Positions 45,833-56,492 of a stretch of DNA of 64,000 nucleotides are shown in pieces. The notes under the pieces are model-generated. The model was not told the origin of the DNA. It saw only the letters and a program-made list of their open reading frames with translations, and searched no databases. Source of the stretch: a virus. Taxonomy: Duplodnaviria; Heunggongvirae; Uroviricota; Caudoviricetes. Position 1 is the stretch's first letter; each line of letters starts with the position of its first letter. A program made the translations under genes and the position numbers. The DNA lies in IMG/VR virus record IMGVR_UViG_3300037468_000575, positions 1 through 64,000 of that record; one strand, given 5' to 3'.

Positions 45833-45988
45833 CTTAAGCAGTGGTAAAAGGAACTTTTATCACTCTTCTTCCATAAATAACACGAGCATGACAATTATTT
45901 AATGATGCTAACAAATGTTCCCACCATTTGTACAATTTATAATCCCAATTGTAATTTAGTCGTTCTTCCGTTCTGTTTCTACTAAACA
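45833..45988 (-). CDS. possible small gene (51 aa)
   Basis: AAAAGGAGA 9 nt upstream of ATG at 45988; below ORF-track cutoff. Confidence 0.3.
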
Positions 45989-46003
45989 TTGATGAATCTC
46001 CTT

Positions 46004-46396
46004 TTAAGAACATTTCAAAATCATCAAACCAGATCTTTTTGAATCCAAAGTAACATTTTGAATGTTTGCCATATCTGGAAAAGAAATTTCAAGTTTCTCT
46101 TGATCCCGTTCATTATATGCCTCGGAACCATAATGAGAAATATATACCTTATCATCAATAAAGATATATGAATAATCTGTTGTGCGACTATTAGTCCAAG
46201 GCCAAGGCCAACCCATTTCCGGAAGTGTTCCTTGTGCTGTTTTGATCAATGAAATAACTTCATCTTCGAATTGTTTTTGTGATGTTGCTAATTTAATAGA
46301 TGATGGAATATTAGATGGATATCCATCCCATCCAATACTACCCAACCATTTTACTTTTTCTCCGGTTCTAATATAAAAATCTGCCCGTGTTCCCAT
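46004..46396 (-). CDS. hypothetical protein (130 aa)
   Basis: ORF. Confidence 0.45.
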   Translation of the reverse strand: MGTRADFYIRTGEKVKWLGSIGWDGYPSNIPSSIKLATSQKQFEDEVISLIKTAQGTLPEMGWPWPWTNSRTTDYSYIFIDDKVYISHYGSEAYNERDQEKLEISFPDMANIQNVTLDSKRSGLMILKCS

Positions 46397-46407
46397 GATT
46401 TATCCTT

Positions 46408-46848
46408 TCAAGGAATTGCTGGTGTCCATTGTTCCAAATATTCTGTCCACTCTGTACGTATTGAATTATACATATAATAAGAATCGTTAATAAAATAATG
46501 TTTGTTTAAATGCATATCCATTAAAACCTTGTGCAAATACATATGTTGATTCTGATCTACATATGCTAATAAAACCCTCGTCTTTTGATTTATAAACCAT
46601 TTTATTATTGCAAATTGATAATGATCAAGGCGATAATAAACATGCGGAAGGCTTGTCATCTCTTCTACCCAAGTATATTTTTCATCTTGCGTGTAAGTAA
46701 TTAATTGTTTTAAAGTGTGAAATGTTTTTGGATAACCAATTTTAAAAGATTTAAGAAACGTTTTTAATCTGGCATGCGTTTTAGGTTCTGGTATGAGAAT
46801 ATAATGTGTTGAACTAGAATTTGTTACAAATTCTTGTTTGATCTTCAA
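46408..46848 (-). CDS. protein with N-terminal 'DFVTNSSST' module (family member 3)
   Basis: MKIKQEFVTNSSSTHYILIPEP. Confidence 0.5.
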   Translation of the reverse strand: MKIKQEFVTNSSSTHYILIPEPKTHARLKTFLKSFKIGYPKTFHTLKQLITYTQDEKYTWVEEMTSLPHVYYRLDHYQFAIIKWFINQKTRVLLAYVDQNQHMYLHKVLMDMHLNKHYFINDSYYMYNSIRTEWTEYLEQWTPAIP

Positions 46849-47081
46849 GATACTTGTCTTCCTACTTTAAATCCATATTTAGGAAGGTCTTTAAAAGTTA
46901 TTTTTTTAATCTTACCATTAGGAATCTTCAATACCTTCGCTACACCTTCACATAACATATCCATACATGTAATGTCTGGATTTTCAATCAATAGGTTAAT
47001 GGCCACTACTCGATGAGCAGGAGTAGGCCATTGTGCTCCTTGTGGGAGACCTGCGTCAATAATGTCTGACAATTGATACAT
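46845..47081 (-). CDS. hypothetical protein (78 aa)
   Basis: ORF. Confidence 0.35.
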   Translation of the reverse strand: MYQLSDIIDAGLPQGAQWPTPAHRVVAINLLIENPDITCMDMLCEGVAKVLKIPNGKIKKITFKDLPKYGFKVGRQVS

Positions 47082-47092
47082 ACATTACCTCC

Positions 47093-47437
47093 TCACCTCA
47101 AATATTCTTTAACAAACCACTTAAAAGATTTTGACGATCCACCATCTCTTAAGATATAATCAAATACTTCACCAATTAAAGTTCCCTGTTCATCACCAAA
47201 TACTACATAGTTCTGACCAGGATTCAGTTTTTTATCTCGTTGTCTTGCTGACTCCATTAAATTTTCTTGACTAAATCTTGGATCATTTTGATGCCAATGA
47301 TACCGTTCAACAAATTTCTGGATCAATTCTGGATTTTCATTTACAAAATCTGTTAATAATTTAACTTGCTTGGTTTTATTTATAATTATAAATGCAGTTG
47401 AAGAACTGTTTGTTACAAAATCTCTTTTAATTTTCAT
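47093..47437 (-). CDS. protein with N-terminal 'DFVTNSSST' module (family member 4)
   Basis: MKIKRDFVTNSSSTAFIIINK. Confidence 0.5.
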   Translation of the reverse strand: MKIKRDFVTNSSSTAFIIINKTKQVKLLTDFVNENPELIQKFVERYHWHQNDPRFSQENLMESARQRDKKLNPGQNYVVFGDEQGTLIGEVFDYILRDGGSSKSFKWFVKEYLR

Positions 47438-47449
47438 ATTGCCTCCAAA

Positions 47450-49627
47450 CTATCTTAATGCAATAACATTGTCAGCTTCGAGTTGTTCGATATAGACGTG
47501 ACTAATAATAAATAAACTTTTTTGTCTTGATAGTTCTTTTAATACTTTAGAAACGAAACCAATGTTTTCATCATCCAAACTATCAAAAATTTCATCAAAC
47601 AACAATAAATTAAAAGTAACATTTTGGACAGTACTTTGTAAATCACAAAGTGTTAAAATTGTCCCAATGTCAACTAGTCTTGTTTGACCACCTGAAAGCT
47701 GAATTCTTGAATTTGCTTTCGTTATATTATCAAGTACATTGACAGAAATCTTATCTCTATATTCTCCAGTTTTTATTGCCTTTAAAGTATCAAATGATAC
47801 TGTATATCTTCCATTGGAGATTTTATCTAAATAATAAGAAATCCTTTCATTCATAAATGGAATGGACTCATCAATTAACAAACTAGGAATTCCTAACGAT
47901 GAGAAACCACTTTTCCAAAAGTTTAACACTTCTTCTTGTTTATAATAAAGTTGTTGTTGTTTATGTAATTCTTTTATTTCCGTTTGTATTGAGTTTATTT
48001 TTTCTTGAACAAGTTCAATTCGATTTTTATCAAAGACTTCTTCCGTCTTTTCTTTGATGGTGTTAAGTAAAGAAGACAGTTTACTCTTGTTTTCATCAAT
48101 AGAAACTTGAATTCGTTTTTGTTCTGCAATTTGCGCTTCATACTTTTGTTTGACAGAAAATAAAGATACACTAGTTTTCTCTAATGTAGTTTTTTTCTCC
48201 ATATATTTTTTACGAATTTCAGCTTGGGCTTGATCGCTTCTTGATTGTAATTCTACAAGCAGTGCTTGATGTTTTACATCAATTTCTCGATATTTTCCCG
48301 TAAGAGTTGTTTGTTGCTCGTTAAATTTAACAGCTTTCTCTTCTGTCACTTTTTTTAGTTCATTGTTTTTGTCTAACTGTTGTTGAAGCACCCCAGTCTT
48401 TTTTGAGTAACTCTGTTTTATTGATTCATCTAATTTTTGTTTCTCTTGATTTAATTCCTCGATTTTCTTCTTTAGATTCGTTTTATTTTGCTCATTCAAT
48501 ATTTGTAAACAAGTTGGACAAATAGACAAAGACATTACATTACGAGTAAGCTCATTAATTTGTATTTCGATCGATTCTAGTTTACTTGACAACCGAGTAT
48601 AATTAACTTGTGTTTCTGTCGATACTTGTTGCAACTCTTCTACGGCTTTTCGCAAGTTCAGGATCTTATCATCAAACACTTTTGAAAGTTCATCAAACTG
48701 TTTGGATATTTCTTGTTTTGCTTCATCTTTCATGGTCTGACTTTTTTGGTTCAATTCATATATCTTTGAAGTTTTTGCATTGGTTAAAGATGAAGTTTCA
48801 TTATCTTCTTCTTGTTTTATATTTAGTAATGCAGATCGAGAATCTGCAATTTGTTGATTAACTGTTAGTAATAAATCATCTACAGGAGTTGTTAGAAGAG
48901 AAGTTAAATTTTGTATGACTTTTTGTAACTCAGAAAGATCTCTTTCGTATGTTTCAAGGATCATTTGTTTTCGTCTATAAAACTCTTTTTCTTCTTCGTG
49001 TAACAATTCAATTTGTTTCTTAAAAGTAGGAATTAAAGTATCTTTAACGGATAACTCATTGCTTATCTGATTTTTTAGTTCTTCTAATTCTTTTAATCTT
49101 TTTACTGTTTCGTCATAGTATGTCGTATATTTATCAAGATCTAAAATTTTTCGAAAGATTTCTTTTTTCTCAGTATCAGTTAGATCTGTGAAAAATGTTT
49201 TAATATTTTGTCCAAAGAATAATGTATTCATGAACAATCTTTGTGGAACGATCAGAGTCTCAATTAAAGGAGAAATGTCTCTTTGACCTTTTCCTAATTC
49301 TTTTTTATCCTGCGTTAATACAACGGTATTCCCATATTTGGAATGTTTATGATATCGATCCACTCGATATGGAACGTCATCACTTGTAAAAGTTAGCCAA
49401 GTATGACAATTCTGACCAACTACATTATTAACTACATCATCACCTTTTTTTCCTTTACTTGTTGTTCCATACAAAGAAAAAGGAATTGCATCAATGATCA
49501 TGGTTTTTCCAATACCATTTGGACCTGTGATTAAAGTAAGGTTATTCTGATTTAATGGAATAATCATTTCTTCAATATATGGTCCAAAGTTTTTCATTCC
49601 AACTTCTAAAAACTTGATCTGTTTCAT
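47450..49627 (-). CDS. sbcC: SbcC/Rad50-family ATPase (T4 gp46-like)
   Basis: Walker A LITGPNGIGKT; long coiled coil with CPTC zinc hook; signature RIQLSGGQ; Walker B/D-loop LLLFDEIFDSLD. Confidence 0.85.
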   Translation of the reverse strand: MKQIKFLEVGMKNFGPYIEEMIIPLNQNNLTLITGPNGIGKTMIIDAIPFSLYGTTSKGKKGDDVVNNVVGQNCHTWLTFTSDDVPYRVDRYHKHSKYGNTVVLTQDKKELGKGQRDISPLIETLIVPQRLFMNTLFFGQNIKTFFTDLTDTEKKEIFRKILDLDKYTTYYDETVKRLKELEELKNQISNELSVKDTLIPTFKKQIELLHEEEKEFYRRKQMILETYERDLSELQKVIQNLTSLLTTPVDDLLLTVNQQIADSRSALLNIKQEEDNETSSLTNAKTSKIYELNQKSQTMKDEAKQEISKQFDELSKVFDDKILNLRKAVEELQQVSTETQVNYTRLSSKLESIEIQINELTRNVMSLSICPTCLQILNEQNKTNLKKKIEELNQEKQKLDESIKQSYSKKTGVLQQQLDKNNELKKVTEEKAVKFNEQQTTLTGKYREIDVKHQALLVELQSRSDQAQAEIRKKYMEKKTTLEKTSVSLFSVKQKYEAQIAEQKRIQVSIDENKSKLSSLLNTIKEKTEEVFDKNRIELVQEKINSIQTEIKELHKQQQLYYKQEEVLNFWKSGFSSLGIPSLLIDESIPFMNERISYYLDKISNGRYTVSFDTLKAIKTGEYRDKISVNVLDNITKANSRIQLSGGQTRLVDIGTILTLCDLQSTVQNVTFNLLLFDEIFDSLDDENIGFVSKVLKELSRQKSLFIISHVYIEQLEADNVIALR

Positions 49628-50637
49628 TAATAAACTCCTTCAGCTGTATCAATAATAGAAACGGCTACTGTTTTATAAAGCTCTTTCTCTTGAATTTCTT
49701 TTATATCTAAGTATCTATCAAGTTTTTCTTCTTTGCTCATTGATGATGTAATTCCTCTATTGGTAATATCTTTTTCAACTTTATCAATTATTCTAAATTG
49801 ATCTTGTAACTCTTGAACATCTATATTAATATTCCGAATTATCTTAACATAATGTCCTTCGTCTTGTAATTGTTTTGCTTGAGCTATAACTTCTTGCTTA
49901 TTTTCTTTTGTCAGAATAAATTCCATATATTTTTTATAACCAACCGTTGGAATACTTTCTACATATAATGTGTTACTATCTACAATTAAAAATCTTTTTT
50001 CTTCACTCTTTTCACCCCAATCTAATTGAATTGGAGATCCAACATAATACAATGTAAGTTGATTATGTATTATTTGCTGTGGTTTATGATAATGACCAAG
50101 GAGAACTAACGAATACCTACCAATTAAATCTGTTAATTTAACATCTGATACGATACTTATTCCTGAATTCAATAATCCTTCATTTAAACCAAAATGTGAT
50201 ACAAGAATCTTTCCTCTATGATCTTTTACTTGCTCAAGAATGTTAATACAATATGGAATACAAACAATATCATCAAAACTTTGTGGAATCTTTGAAACCA
50301 AAGTTACATTCTGAATATGTCTTAATGATGATAATGCTGAAACTGCATCTACTCCTTTTCCAGATAAGTCGTGATTTCCATCTATCACGATAAAGTGAAT
50401 TGTTTTAAATTCTGTAAAAAAGTTAACTAACACATCTTGAGCGATAGCATAAATGATGGACTTTCCATGTAAGGAGTCTCCGCCAATAATAATTGTATCT
50501 ATCTTTTTGTTAAGACAATAGTTTGCCATATGATATATTGCAGTTCGCAAACTATGAAGTCGTTGTGGTAAATTGTTTTGAATTGGATCTTGTGTATAAC
50601 CAGATAAATGTAAATCAGCAATATATCCAAATTTCAT
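49627..50637 (-). CDS. sbcD: SbcD/Mre11-family nuclease (T4 gp47-like)
   Basis: YIADLHL, GGDSLHG, IDGNHD, LGHYH phosphoesterase motifs; 336 aa (T4 gp47 is 339 aa). Confidence 0.85.
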   Translation of the reverse strand: MKFGYIADLHLSGYTQDPIQNNLPQRLHSLRTAIYHMANYCLNKKIDTIIIGGDSLHGKSIIYAIAQDVLVNFFTEFKTIHFIVIDGNHDLSGKGVDAVSALSSLRHIQNVTLVSKIPQSFDDIVCIPYCINILEQVKDHRGKILVSHFGLNEGLLNSGISIVSDVKLTDLIGRYSLVLLGHYHKPQQIIHNQLTLYYVGSPIQLDWGEKSEEKRFLIVDSNTLYVESIPTVGYKKYMEFILTKENKQEVIAQAKQLQDEGHYVKIIRNINIDVQELQDQFRIIDKVEKDITNRGITSSMSKEEKLDRYLDIKEIQEKELYKTVAVSIIDTAEGVY

Positions 50638-50652
50638 AATTTCATATCCTTT

Positions 50653-51240
50653 TTACTTTGGTGGAATAACGATATTATGTAGATCTTCTACTTTTGAAGT
50701 TAAATCTAACAGTTGTCCTTCGAATTCTGTAACTATCCCAGTACTTGATTTAACTTCTTCCATCTCTTGCTGCATTTTCAAGATTATTTCATCATAATCA
50801 TCTTTGTTAGTTGAGATCTCGTCTTTCAAAGAGTCTATGTCATCAGATTGTGAGTCCATATCATTGAGTCTGTCTCCCAACTCATCTACATCTCCTTCTA
50901 TATTTTGAACAGATTTGGTAAGATCTCTAATCTCACTCTCCATGTCATCAAAGGAAAACTTCTCCAACTCTTTCTTAAAATTATCAAAGGTGTCTTCAAG
51001 GTCTTCTATGGTTCTTTTGGTATTATCAAGTTGAAGCTCTTTTTCCGGAAAGTTATATTGATGAATTTCCTCTTGAATTGTGTCAACTTCCAATTGTAAA
51101 GATTTAGTCTGTTTCTCAACACTAAGAATTTGGCGAGATATATTCTCAAGTGTCTTAATCAGCTGTTGGAGAAAGTTCAATACATTTGTATCTACAGATA
51201 CCTTCTCTAAATCTTTTTTTAGATTATCTATCATTGTCAT
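50653..51240 (-). CDS. acidic coiled-coil protein (195 aa)
   Basis: Asp/Glu-rich heptad-like sequence. Confidence 0.5.
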   Translation of the reverse strand: MTMIDNLKKDLEKVSVDTNVLNFLQQLIKTLENISRQILSVEKQTKSLQLEVDTIQEEIHQYNFPEKELQLDNTKRTIEDLEDTFDNFKKELEKFSFDDMESEIRDLTKSVQNIEGDVDELGDRLNDMDSQSDDIDSLKDEISTNKDDYDEIILKMQQEMEEVKSSTGIVTEFEGQLLDLTSKVEDLHNIVIPPK

Positions 51241-52673
51241 CTTTGATTCCTTTCATTTAAAAGCTCTAATGCTGTTTCTTTTGTAATTTCATTCATTTTT
51301 CCATCAAATAAAATAATAAACTTTACTTTCCAGTTTTTCTTTTCATAGAACTCTAATCGATTAAAATACGTTCGTAGAATCTCTCTACACCCAATATCTA
51401 CCATATCTATAAAGATTGGATTTTTCTTTCCGGGAGATGTACGAACAATTCGACCAGTTAATTGTTCAATATTTGAGATGGGTGATGTCATAATTAAACA
51501 ATCTTTATGAGGAGCATCCACACCATCTCGAATTTTTCCTGGAGTTGCAAAGACAACTTTTGATTTTAAAACACTCATGTTTGCAGAACCAACAAATTTA
51601 GACTTATCTGAACTTTGTAACCACGAAAATAAATCATCAATTAAACTGAGTCGTTCTGCAACAAGAATTAAATTTCTATCATCGTCTATTAACTTTAGTA
51701 AAAGACCTTTAATAATTCGACTAAACTTTTCTGACTTTCTAATTAATCTAAGATATCTAGATTTCTGAAACATTCCTCCCCATCGTAAATATGCAAATCT
51801 GTTGGGAGTATCAACTTCAAAATCTGTTAAGAATGTTGTAACAGTTACATCCATTACATCGGCAGCTTCACCACTATATATGGATCCTAAATGATATTGA
51901 ATAATATCAGAATTTCCATCATTTCGATAGGGTGTTGCACTCAATCCAAATGTATATCGGGCAGGAATATGAATAGAACATTCAGAAAATTTTTGTGCTC
52001 CAACGGTTGTATGAACTTCATCAGCGATAAAAATACCAATTCTGGCTTTATTAATTTCATTTAAAAAATTCTGTCGATCTCTTTTTAATAATGAAATGAA
52101 CGTTTGATCAGTACAAATAATCACTGATTTTTGTAAATCTTTTACATAGGTAGTTGAAGTTAATCTAGAAATATCATTCTCTGTTAGGTTTGTAAATGAT
52201 AAAAATCCTTGAGGCGGATCTATATTCTTAGCGCCAATCCATTGGTCTGCCAGAGAATCTTTATGAACTAGAATTAAGGTTTTTCTTTTTCTTTCTCCAA
52301 CCATGTAAATGGATATAACTGTTTTACCTACTCCTGGAGGTAATTGTAGTATTCCATGATCATGTTTCATTAAGAAATGAATTGCTTTTTCTTGTTCATT
52401 ATTCCTTGGTTTAATCTCATGTTTAATCTCAATATGAGCACCATTATCTGTACGATCTATAATTTCATATTGAGTTACAAACCTATCAAGGTTAAAATAT
52501 CTAGGAAGTAAAAGATACTCAGGCGTTTCTACATAGAACTCTTGCACAGTATAAATTTGAGTATGATATTGTTGTATTCTGCGTCTTAAAAATTCTTTAA
52601 TCGCAAGATAAAAGGTTTCATTTTTGTACTCACTAGAAAGTTCTAACCCAGCCCTCCTCGTAAAAATAAACAT
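51237..52673 (-). CDS. SF2 DEVH-box helicase (UvsW-like?)
   Basis: Motif I LQLPPGVGKT, motif II IFIADEVHT, motif III GLSATPYR. Confidence 0.75.
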   Translation of the reverse strand: MFIFTRRAGLELSSEYKNETFYLAIKEFLRRRIQQYHTQIYTVQEFYVETPEYLLLPRYFNLDRFVTQYEIIDRTDNGAHIEIKHEIKPRNNEQEKAIHFLMKHDHGILQLPPGVGKTVISIYMVGERKRKTLILVHKDSLADQWIGAKNIDPPQGFLSFTNLTENDISRLTSTTYVKDLQKSVIICTDQTFISLLKRDRQNFLNEINKARIGIFIADEVHTTVGAQKFSECSIHIPARYTFGLSATPYRNDGNSDIIQYHLGSIYSGEAADVMDVTVTTFLTDFEVDTPNRFAYLRWGGMFQKSRYLRLIRKSEKFSRIIKGLLLKLIDDDRNLILVAERLSLIDDLFSWLQSSDKSKFVGSANMSVLKSKVVFATPGKIRDGVDAPHKDCLIMTSPISNIEQLTGRIVRTSPGKKNPIFIDMVDIGCREILRTYFNRLEFYEKKNWKVKFIILFDGKMNEITKETALELLNERNQR

Positions 52674-52675
52674 GT

Positions 52676-53116
52676 TTAACTAAACCTCGATGGTTCAGGA
52701 TTATAATAAACAGCTGCGTTATCATCATTTTCCCAAACTGTTACTTCCAGAACTTCAATATGTTCTTCTTTTTCCAACTGGATTGATAAGTGATCAAAAA
52801 TTGATTTAGCAATCGTTTCAGCTGTTGGATCACTATTTGGAAAAACAAACACTTTCATATTTTGCGCTAAAACAAAATCTAGAGATGATTTATCTAGACT
52901 ATTTAATAAGCAAGCATGATCAAGCGTTTTTAGAACTGGTTTCATGATATCTGAAAGAATTTTGAAATCAAGAACCATATCGTTAGAATTTAATGCATCA
53001 GATATCAAAACAACTTCAATTTTTAAATTATGTCCGTGAAAATTTTTACAATCACCTTCGTGTTTTGATAAGCGATGGCCAGTGGGTACTTTGAAAATTT
53101 TTTTGATTTTGTACAT
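52676..53116 (-). CDS. queD: 6-carboxy-5,6,7,8-tetrahydropterin synthase (QueD/PTPS family)
   Basis: TGHRLSKHEGDCKNFHGHNLKIEV (C-x3-H-G-H), TLDHACLN, PTAETIAKSIF; align with E. coli QueD blocks. Confidence 0.6.
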   Translation of the reverse strand: MYKIKKIFKVPTGHRLSKHEGDCKNFHGHNLKIEVVLISDALNSNDMVLDFKILSDIMKPVLKTLDHACLLNSLDKSSLDFVLAQNMKVFVFPNSDPTAETIAKSIFDHLSIQLEKEEHIEVLEVTVWENDDNAAVYYNPEPSRFS

Positions 53117-53354
53117 AATTATGGTTTCTCCTTTTTGTATATAAACTAGGGCTCATTGATGAACTACTTGAACTTGCAGATGAACCTTCCCAACGAATTC
53201 GTTTACCACCAGTGACAAGTTCTATCCAATCTACATAATGTGTTCCTAAACAAAACTGACATATTCGTTTGTCTGATAACCATTTAGGTTTCTCTTCTGT
53301 TTTCCAGCCTTTTGCGTTACATTTTGGGCATCCTATTCTCATTTGGTCAGACAC
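53052..53354 (-). CDS. small zinc-ribbon protein with poly-Ser tract
   Basis: CPKCNAKGW...CQFCLGTH; overlaps queD start, so real extent uncertain. Confidence 0.3.
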   Translation of the reverse strand: MSDQMRIGCPKCNAKGWKTEEKPKWLSDKRICQFCLGTHYVDWIELVTGGKRIRWEGSSASSSSSSMSPSLYTKRRNHNYVQNQKNFQSTHWPSLIKTRR

Positions 53355-54675
53355 TAACTTTATCCTCGTTGTATTGCTTTAGAACATACTCTTTTAAATG
53401 TGTTAAGTTATCGGTTTGAATCTTTACTTCTTCTTGCAATTGACTAATATCGGTATTTAATGTTAGAAGTTTTGTAATTCTATATTTACCTAGTAAAGTT
53501 TTAATCGTTGTTTCTTCTATACCAGATAGTTTGGATAAACTAGAAATAGACTCGGTAAAAGTACTATTAACTCTCTTTAGTTCGTCAGAAAGATAAGGAC
53601 GAATCTTTTCTAATGCTTGATATTCAGGAATTTGCTCTTTTAGTTTTACAAGTTCTTTATTTAAATATGCTTCATTTACTTTTGTAAACATTTCGAAAGT
53701 ATCTAATAACATCTGATCAATTGATTTTAACTTTACATTTGAATCTTTATCTACAACAATTGTTTCAAAAGAAATCTTACCCGAAACAGCTATCTTAACT
53801 TCTTTTACAAGATCCTCAAAAATTTTATCTCTATTTCGTTGTTTTAATACTTCGAATAAAATTTTCGTTTTTGAATCAGAATGATCTGAAAAACCAATAT
53901 CTCCGTTTGTTAATGATTTTTCAAACTTATTTAAGATACTTTCAAATTTTCGTCCAGGAGCCCACGATTGAATAATTATTGTATTTGTTCTTGGGTCTGA
54001 AACATATATTCCTTCAAGATCAAGAGTAGCTTTTCCAGTTGTTAATAGTTCTTCTAAAACAGAATTTGGTGATAAAATTTTACAATCACTAATTGGTTTT
54101 ATTGTAGGTTTTGTTTTTGTTTCTCCTAACAACCAGAACAATCGTGCCTGTAAATCTTTAAGTTTATAACAAGGAATTAACGTTTTATATCCGAAACCAA
54201 TTCCTTGTGTATATTCTATTCCCACTAAACACATTGGAAACATAGCCGGAAGAAATTTTGGTTCTTTTTCACTTCCATCATAATTTGGTTGCCAAGGAAC
54301 ATCATTAATAAACTTAAATGTTAAATGTTCTGTAAGTTTTGCTAGCTTGGCTTCTGTATATCGTGCAGCAGCAGCACCAACCGATTCAACACCAACATCT
54401 GTTCCAAAATTTCCTTGTCCTTCAAGCAGACCTTGTTTTACTAACTGAGTAATTGTTCCATAAGATGAACCATGAGGATGAAATCTTGCGAGACAAGTTC
54501 CATCAATCCGCACACTTTTTACAAATTTTTCTCTTGCTACCATATAGGCAGTTAATAGAACTCGTCTCTCAACAGGTTTCAATCCATCTAGATCTAATGG
54601 AAATGCTCGCGAAGAATTAATATAATTTCCATACTCTCTATATAAAACACGAAGTAATTTATCCATATGTATCAA
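53347..54675 (-). CDS. type II topoisomerase, GyrA/ParC-like subunit (T4 gp52-like, 442 aa)
   Basis: PVERRVLL...VKSVRIDGTCLARFHPHGSSYGT (cf. GyrA ...YHPHGD...); exact size match to T4 gp52. Confidence 0.8.
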   Translation of the reverse strand: MIHMDKLLRVLYREYGNYINSSRAFPLDLDGLKPVERRVLLTAYMVAREKFVKSVRIDGTCLARFHPHGSSYGTITQLVKQGLLEGQGNFGTDVGVESVGAAAARYTEAKLAKLTEHLTFKFINDVPWQPNYDGSEKEPKFLPAMFPMCLVGIEYTQGIGFGYKTLIPCYKLKDLQARLFWLLGETKTKPTIKPISDCKILSPNSVLEELLTTGKATLDLEGIYVSDPRTNTIIIQSWAPGRKFESILNKFEKSLTNGDIGFSDHSDSKTKILFEVLKQRNRDKIFEDLVKEVKIAVSGKISFETIVVDKDSNVKLKSIDQMLLDTFEMFTKVNEAYLNKELVKLKEQIPEYQALEKIRPYLSDELKRVNSTFTESISSLSKLSGIEETTIKTLLGKYRITKLLTLNTDISQLQEEVKIQTDNLTHLKEYVLKQYNEDKVSV

Positions 54676-54905
54676 TCTCCACTATAATATAAATCATTAA
54701 GAGTTCTAATGATTTTCTCATCGGTCAAATCTTTGAAATACCCGTTTTTAATTTTTCGTTTGATTTGTGGATCTTTTATTAAATCGCAATTCAATTTGAA
54801 TATTTTGGCAATCTTTCGTCTTAATGCTTTTCTGTCTCTACTTATAATATTTAGTTGTAATAGTAGATTCTCAAGTTCTTTTTTATGTCTTCTAAACATA
54901 TTCAA
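54672..54905 (-). CDS. hypothetical protein (77 aa)
   Basis: ORF. Confidence 0.4.
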   Translation of the reverse strand: MNMFRRHKKELENLLLQLNIISRDRKALRRKIAKIFKLNCDLIKDPQIKRKIKNGYFKDLTDEKIIRTLNDLYYSGD

Positions 54906-55016
54906 TATCCTTTTTTGTACTTGTCCAAATTACTCCAAAGAAAGATAAGGAATGAATTGCGACAAGTACACAGATAAAACTAAGTACTCCAATTCCAATT
55001 ATTAAATCAGTGAGAT

Positions 55017-55424
55017 TCATGAATTAGTATCCTGTTGAGATTCTAATTCAAGATATACGGTATACACTCCATCGCCTCCCATTTTATCTAAGATTAAAGT
55101 TCCATTTGGAGGATTGACTCCATAATCTGTTTCAAGTAACCACTTATCCCACAACTGTGGAACGTTTTCATGTTGTAAAATATAACAAGGATCAGAAACG
55201 ACAACCTTTCCGCTGGTTACATCTAAAACGCCATTTCCCGACACATTCCCATGCCAAGTATTTGGAATAGTCCATGTAACTTTATATTTACTAATAGGAA
55301 CCTCAATAATTTTACTAAGCTTTTCATCTAAATATTTTGGATGTCTTTGCTCAAAATATTCTCGATCCGCGATCATAATCAGTCCAGCATCTACCCCAAC
55401 GTCTTCTATTACTTTTCTAATCAT
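55017..55424 (-). CDS. hypothetical protein (135 aa)
   Basis: ORF. Confidence 0.45.
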   Translation of the reverse strand: MIRKVIEDVGVDAGLIMIADREYFEQRHPKYLDEKLSKIIEVPISKYKVTWTIPNTWHGNVSGNGVLDVTSGKVVVSDPCYILQHENVPQLWDKWLLETDYGVNPPNGTLILDKMGGDGVYTVYLELESQQDTNS

Positions 55425-55885
55425 TATACATCTCCATTTACTGATTTCTTTAACTCTTCGTATGGTCCAATTATTTCTCGATACATTTCTAAAATTGATA
55501 ATCTTATATCAGAAATGAAATCTCGCATATATGATACATGGTCAACTTCAAACGATCCTCTCTTTTCCGTTTCAATTTTATAAATTAAATCATGCAAGCA
55601 TCCAACATACAATTTATAATTATTATAACTTGGTTTTATGTAGTACTTGCAATATTTAAATAAAATATAATTTATTTCTCCATTGGGTTTAACATCCAAC
55701 GTCTGAAATAATTGATACATAGGATACTTTGCATGTTTACCATCAATATGATATAGAAACCATTGTAGAAGAGCGCGACATAAAAGATCATATGTATCAT
55801 TTGCCCTAGGAAACGCTTTATTTTTTAAATAGTCAATGATTTTATCAAGTTCTTTTCGTCTCTGTTTATTTTCAATATAGGGCAT
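55424..55885 (-). CDS. hypothetical protein (153 aa)
   Basis: ORF. Confidence 0.45.
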   Translation of the reverse strand: MPYIENKQRRKELDKIIDYLKNKAFPRANDTYDLLCRALLQWFLYHIDGKHAKYPMYQLFQTLDVKPNGEINYILFKYCKYYIKPSYNNYKLYVGCLHDLIYKIETEKRGSFEVDHVSYMRDFISDIRLSILEMYREIIGPYEELKKSVNGDV

Positions 55886-55886
55886 T

Positions 55887-56072
55887 TTATTTTCCCTTTA
55901 AGGTACAGTGTTTTCTAATGTTCTTCTCATCTAAGATTTTTCTTTTTTTATTCTTTCCCCATTTGCACGTTATTTGACTATCATCATCTATATAGAATAA
56001 ATTGCAACTAGGACAATCTTTTGTTAAGATTTTTCTGGACATATTTTTATCTTTCTCCTTGCGCAGAAACAT
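55887..56072 (-). CDS. small zinc-ribbon protein (61 aa)
   Basis: CPSC...CKWG. Confidence 0.35.
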   Translation of the reverse strand: MFLRKEKDKNMSRKILTKDCPSCNLFYIDDDSQITCKWGKNKKRKILDEKNIRKHCTLKGK

Positions 56073-56481
56073 ACATATTCTTTAAAACTAGAACTAAATC
56101 ATTATTTTGACTACCGAAAGCTAAAATATCCTTTTTAGTACAAAAAACTTCTTTAACACAATGCGGATGTGTACCAACGCTACTTTTCGCTCTTATTGCA
56201 GCTTCCACTGTTGCATATACATGAAAACCAAAGGGATATTTCGTTTTATTGTTTGCATATAGATATTTTCTCTTACTTCTACCTCTTCTAAATGTTTTTT
56301 CATCCACCCACTGATTTACAGGAATTGACGGTCCCTTTATAAATAAGGAAGATAACTCATTGCGTCTATTTTTTACAAATATTTTATACATTTTAAATAC
56401 TGGAAACTTAAATCTTGTCGTGGTCTGTTGTAACTGATCAAATAATCTTTTTGAAGATCTAAATTTTCGATATAAACACAT
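56047..56481 (-). CDS. MCL...GFHIY family paralogue F
   Basis: MCLYRKF...YPFGFHVYATVEAA. Confidence 0.5.
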   Translation of the reverse strand: MCLYRKFRSSKRLFDQLQQTTTRFKFPVFKMYKIFVKNRRNELSSLFIKGPSIPVNQWVDEKTFRRGRSKRKYLYANNKTKYPFGFHVYATVEAAIRAKSSVGTHPHCVKEVFCTKKDILAFGSQNNDLVLVLKNMYVSAQGER

Positions 56482-56492
56482 ATTATTATCCT